Source of the DNA: an uncultured Bacteriovoracaceae bacterium
GTDB taxonomy: Bacteria > Bdellovibrionota > Bacteriovoracia > Bacteriovoracales > Bacteriovoracaceae
DNA length: 18,283 nucleotides
Direction: 5' to 3'
Assembly: GCA_964012805.1 (NCBI GenBank)
Contig: CAXGUD010000062.1
Span: 1-18,283, forward strand
Of the stretch, positions 15,326-18,283 are shown piece by piece. The number at the start of each line of letters is the position of its first letter. Within the stretch, counting starts at the first letter, position 1. The position numbers were made by a program, and so were the translations under genes. The notes beneath the pieces were generated by a model. It was not told where the DNA came from. It made no database searches and was given only the letters and a program-made list of their open reading frames with translations.

Positions 15326-17059
15326 GTGAAAATAGGCTTTCGATCACTTTTTCTTTTTTTAATGATATTTTTAAGTTTCCACGTATTAAACTTAACAAGT
15401 GCTTTGGGATTTTCCTCTTTTGGTGATTTAAGCTGTGGTCAGGTTAATCAACCTGCTTGCAGTATTTTATCCAATGAATTTTGGAAGACTGGTGCCTGCG
15501 ATAAAGGTCTTAAGCAGTTGGGTGGAAATTGTTTTATAGGCAGCCGAGCTCAGTTAGAAATTACAAAAGATAATTGGTTTTTAAGGGCATTCAATTTTCA
15601 AAGCGAATTTCTTGAAGAAACTCCGTTAAATAAGAGTTTTTTATTAAGAGCTCTAAATGCAGAAATGTATAAAGAGGCTTTTTCTGAATTTGAAACAAAT
15701 CAAGTCTACGGATTAACGGATCTTCTGAATTTAGGGGTTCGTTCGTTTTCAATAAATCTTGGGGTCCACGACGGTATTATAAAAGTTTGCGCTCCTTCTA
15801 ATTGCGGGACAAAATCTAGGGCCTGGTTCCAATGGATCGAAGAAATTTCTATATGGTTAAGAATGAACCATTCAGAAATCATTTTAATTGACCTAAAAGA
15901 GTCACCAAGTAATGAAAATTTTAAAATGATGAAACCACTTGAAATTCACTTCGGGTCTACTATTTTTAGACCTACTGATAAAAAAAATAATGCTTGGCCG
16001 TCAAAAAAAGAACTACTCGAAAAAGGGAAGAGGGTCATTTTTTTTAGTTCTAAAAAATATGAAAAAAATATTTTTCATGAAACAGATTCTTTTTTTATTC
16101 CTAGGTCAAATGAAAGAAGTGCCGGAGGTTTTAGTGGTCAACAATGTTTGATTAAAGATCAGAAGATAGTATCTTTAAAGTTAATGAATGATACAAAGGC
16201 TTTTACTCTTGAAGACCAGGAAACACAGGGACAATATTTATCTCATAAGGGGATAATTGAAGCAGTTCATTGTGGTGTGAATATTTTAAGTTTAATTAAT
16301 ATTGATATTGAAAAAGTTGGATCTAGTATTTGGTCCTTCGAAGAGGGGATCCCAAAAAAGGATGTTAAGGAAGAAGATGTTTGTGTTTATCTCAAATCAA
16401 ATGGCAAGTGGATGAATGGATTTTGTGAGGATAAAAGGTCTTTCGCATGTGAAGATATGAAAAAACCAGGGCATTGGAAAATAACCACAAAGAAAGGCTT
16501 GTGGGATGAAGGTGATGAGGTTTGCAGTGAAAGTTTTGAGAAAAGTAAGTTTTCTGTTCCAAAAACCGGAGAATCGCATAAAAATCTTTTAAATTCCTAT
16601 AATAGAACATTTCCTGTGTGGCTCAATCAGCTTATTTCAAAGAATAACTGGCCTGGTTATTATGCTATTGTTCCTCATATAAGTGGTAGACCTCTTTTTG
16701 GTTGGTATAAAAATGTAAGGCAATGGTCTTGGATGAACACGACACTTCAAATGTGGACTATTATTCCGAGAGATGAAGGATTGTTTCTTTTAAAAAATGT
16801 AAAAACAGATATGTGTATGAGTGTGGCCGATGGATTAAGTGAAGATGCTGCGAATGTTATTTTGGCAGAATGTACGGGTGGAGATGAACAATTGTGGAAT
16901 TTAGAAGACAAAGGAAGCGGATTGTTTTGGGTTAGAAATAAAAATAGTCAAAAATGCCTCGATTTAGAAAAAACAAAAAAAAGCAACTTCAATAGTGTTA
17001 TGCAATGGGGTTGTCACGATGTGTCACAACATAAATTCCGCTTTTTAAGAGTCCGTTGA
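15326..17059 (+). CDS. Secreted multidomain protein: Cys-rich N-terminal motif, degenerate PI-PLC-like domain, C-type lectin-like domain, ricin B-type lectin domain
   Basis: Start re-called at GTG 15326 (SD GGAGA), giving a signal peptide. PLC-like segments NQVYGLTDLLNLGVR, WLRMNHSEIILI and WPSKKELLEKGKRVIF. Lectin-like segments WSFEEG..CVYL..GKW..C..FAC..W..VWLN. QxW repeats RQW, QMW, QLW, MQW. Confidence 0.85.
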   Translation: MKIGFRSLFLFLMIFLSFHVLNLTSALGFSSFGDLSCGQVNQPACSILSNEFWKTGACDKGLKQLGGNCFIGSRAQLEITKDNWFLRAFNFQSEFLEETPLNKSFLLRALNAEMYKEAFSEFETNQVYGLTDLLNLGVRSFSINLGVHDGIIKVCAPSNCGTKSRAWFQWIEEISIWLRMNHSEIILIDLKESPSNENFKMMKPLEIHFGSTIFRPTDKKNNAWPSKKELLEKGKRVIFFSSKKYEKNIFHETDSFFIPRSNERSAGGFSGQQCLIKDQKIVSLKLMNDTKAFTLEDQETQGQYLSHKGIIEAVHCGVNILSLINIDIEKVGSSIWSFEEGIPKKDVKEEDVCVYLKSNGKWMNGFCEDKRSFACEDMKKPGHWKITTKKGLWDEGDEVCSESFEKSKFSVPKTGESHKNLLNSYNRTFPVWLNQLISKNNWPGYYAIVPHISGRPLFGWYKNVRQWSWMNTTLQMWTIIPRDEGLFLLKNVKTDMCMSVADGLSEDAANVILAECTGGDEQLWNLEDKGSGLFWVRNKNSQKCLDLEKTKKSNFNSVMQWGCHDVSQHKFRFLRVR

Positions 17060-17111
17060 TGCCCCACCTCAATAAGATATAATGAAATATACTGCTAGCA
17101 TGGAGGCGGGG

Positions 17112-17879
17112 ATGAAAAAAATTTATAAAAACTTTGATCACCTCATGGAAGAAAATAAAAAACTTTTTGATGTTTTAAAAGAAAGGGGAGGTCAAGGTTT
17201 TCATCGGGCCATTTGGGAAGCTAGAGACTCGGAAATTGAAAAGTTGAATGAAAAGATAGATGAGGATCAAAAAAAAATAAAGGATTCTAAAGAAAAGGTT
17301 AAAGAGCTTCGTAAAACTGTGGAAGAATTAAAAAAGGTTTTAACTGACCAAAATGAGGTAATTGAAGAATCAAAAAAGGTAGAGGGAACCACTAAGTATG
17401 TTATCACTGGTCTGAAAGAACAATTAAAAAATTTGGACTCTGAAAGAAAAAAGCTACTTGAAGAAAGTAGTGAGATCAAGTCTATAAAGATTAAAATGGG
17501 TAAAGTTTGTGAAGAATTTAATCAAATGAAAAAATCTCTCGACCAGTCTCAAAAAGGAGAAGTTGATCTCACAAAAATGGTAAGAAACTTAAGAAGTGAA
17601 AAAAAGACCTTAGAAGATTCTTTGTCTTCGATAAAAAAAAGAGAAATGAACTTATGTTATGAGCTTGATAAATATAAAAAGAATTTCTTCAAATTAAGAA
17701 AAGATTTTAAAGAGCAACAAAAGGACTTAAAGTTCAATCTTCAAAAGTTAGAGGTGTCTGAACTTATGAAGGGAAAAATGGAGTCTGAGCTCTTCAGGTT
17801 AAATTGTGATATTAAGTCACTAAGACCTTCAAATTTAAAAGACTTAATGAAAACAACTGTTGAGGAAAAAAGCCAATAG
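17112..17879 (+). CDS. Hypothetical coiled-coil protein with a short N-terminal head (GGQGFHRAIWEAR)
   Basis: Long heptad pattern. Start re-called at ATG 17112 behind GGAGG (17102-17106); the ORF track starts at 17082. Confidence 0.8.
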   Translation: MKKIYKNFDHLMEENKKLFDVLKERGGQGFHRAIWEARDSEIEKLNEKIDEDQKKIKDSKEKVKELRKTVEELKKVLTDQNEVIEESKKVEGTTKYVITGLKEQLKNLDSERKKLLEESSEIKSIKIKMGKVCEEFNQMKKSLDQSQKGEVDLTKMVRNLRSEKKTLEDSLSSIKKREMNLCYELDKYKKNFFKLRKDFKEQQKDLKFNLQKLEVSELMKGKMESELFRLNCDIKSLRPSNLKDLMKTTVEEKSQ

Positions 17880-18283
17880 TATTTTTCAAATAAAACTCCT
17901 TTTACAATTTTAGTTTTGCTATTTATGAACCTAGTCTCATATCAAATAATAAGTGGACTATAATAGTGTTGCTTGGGATCACTTTAGACCTCGATATTTT
18001 TATGAAAAAAGATAATAGGAAAGGGAAAATCTAATTTTTTAAAACTTTATTCTTGATATTTAAGATATTAAAGAGAATATGAACACATCATTGGAAGCCA
18101 GTTATTATGAAATATTCTTTAAGAGATGAAAGTATAAAGTAAGTAAAATTTATTGAGCTTTTATTGGTAAATTAAGTATTCTAAACTGTTGGATGTGTTG
18201 GAACTTTATGCGGAGGCATTAATATTTTAAAGTTTTTAAATTACTGAACATACTTGAAAGTTTGATAAGTCGGCTCTTGAAAC

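Noticed and set aside
3389..17479. Remaining short ORFs nested in or antisense to longer genes (e.g. 3389..3628, 6521..6760, 8127..8360, 8599..8874, 9240..9551, 11801..12016, 13587..13907, 14328..14573, 15204..15398, 17267..17479)
   Set aside because: They overlap better-supported CDSs and show no recognisable motifs; the Phe/Leu/Ser-rich ones are complements of Lys/Glu-rich genes.
1552..18283. GEMM-I/Ib (c-di-GMP/cGAMP) riboswitch in intergenic regions
   Set aside because: Looked for because of the Hypr-type cyclase. No GCAAA/GAAA-tetraloop two-hairpin pattern was recognised by eye; an Infernal scan would be needed to exclude it.
17901..18283. AT-rich terminal region as origin, CRISPR leader or ncRNA
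   Set aside because: No DnaA boxes, repeat-spacer units or stable hairpins were seen. It may include the 3' end of a minus-strand gene from outside the window, which cannot be determined here.

Overview
AT-rich bacterial chromosomal window with 17 credible CDSs. No rRNA, tRNA, CRISPR array or mobility gene was seen. The gene mix suggests Bdellovibrionota (Bacteriovorax/Halobacteriovorax-like predators); this is inference from families such as DUF4360, a TIGR02147-like HTH and Lys-rich orphan coiled coils. The left half (1-9.7 kb) holds a + strand three-gene cluster (very acidic coiled-coil protein, GGDEF enzyme, calcineurin-like metallophosphoesterase), a histone-H1-like protein, glutamine-dependent nadE, trmFO, a UDP-glucuronate decarboxylase and a degenerate GT4 glycosyltransferase. 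The right half is lineage-specific: coiled coils, a SAM methyltransferase, a tail-less SSB-like protein, a short HTH regulator, a secreted DUF4360 protein with an (RP)9 tail, and a secreted PI-PLC/C-type lectin/ricin-B protein. The best lead is the GGDEF enzyme: it has Thr in place of the guanine-specifying Asp (GHLVGT, not GHxxGD), the Hypr/GacA signature of 3',3'-cGAMP synthases, and lies 11 bp upstream of an intact metallophosphoesterase. This is a candidate cGAMP synthase/hydrolase/scaffold module. Also notable are two probable pseudoenzymes, a GAA microsatellite with an in-frame TAA at the window edge, two long palindromes, and two leaders that could sequester their Shine-Dalgarno sequences. 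All family calls come from motif recognition by eye; no searches were run.
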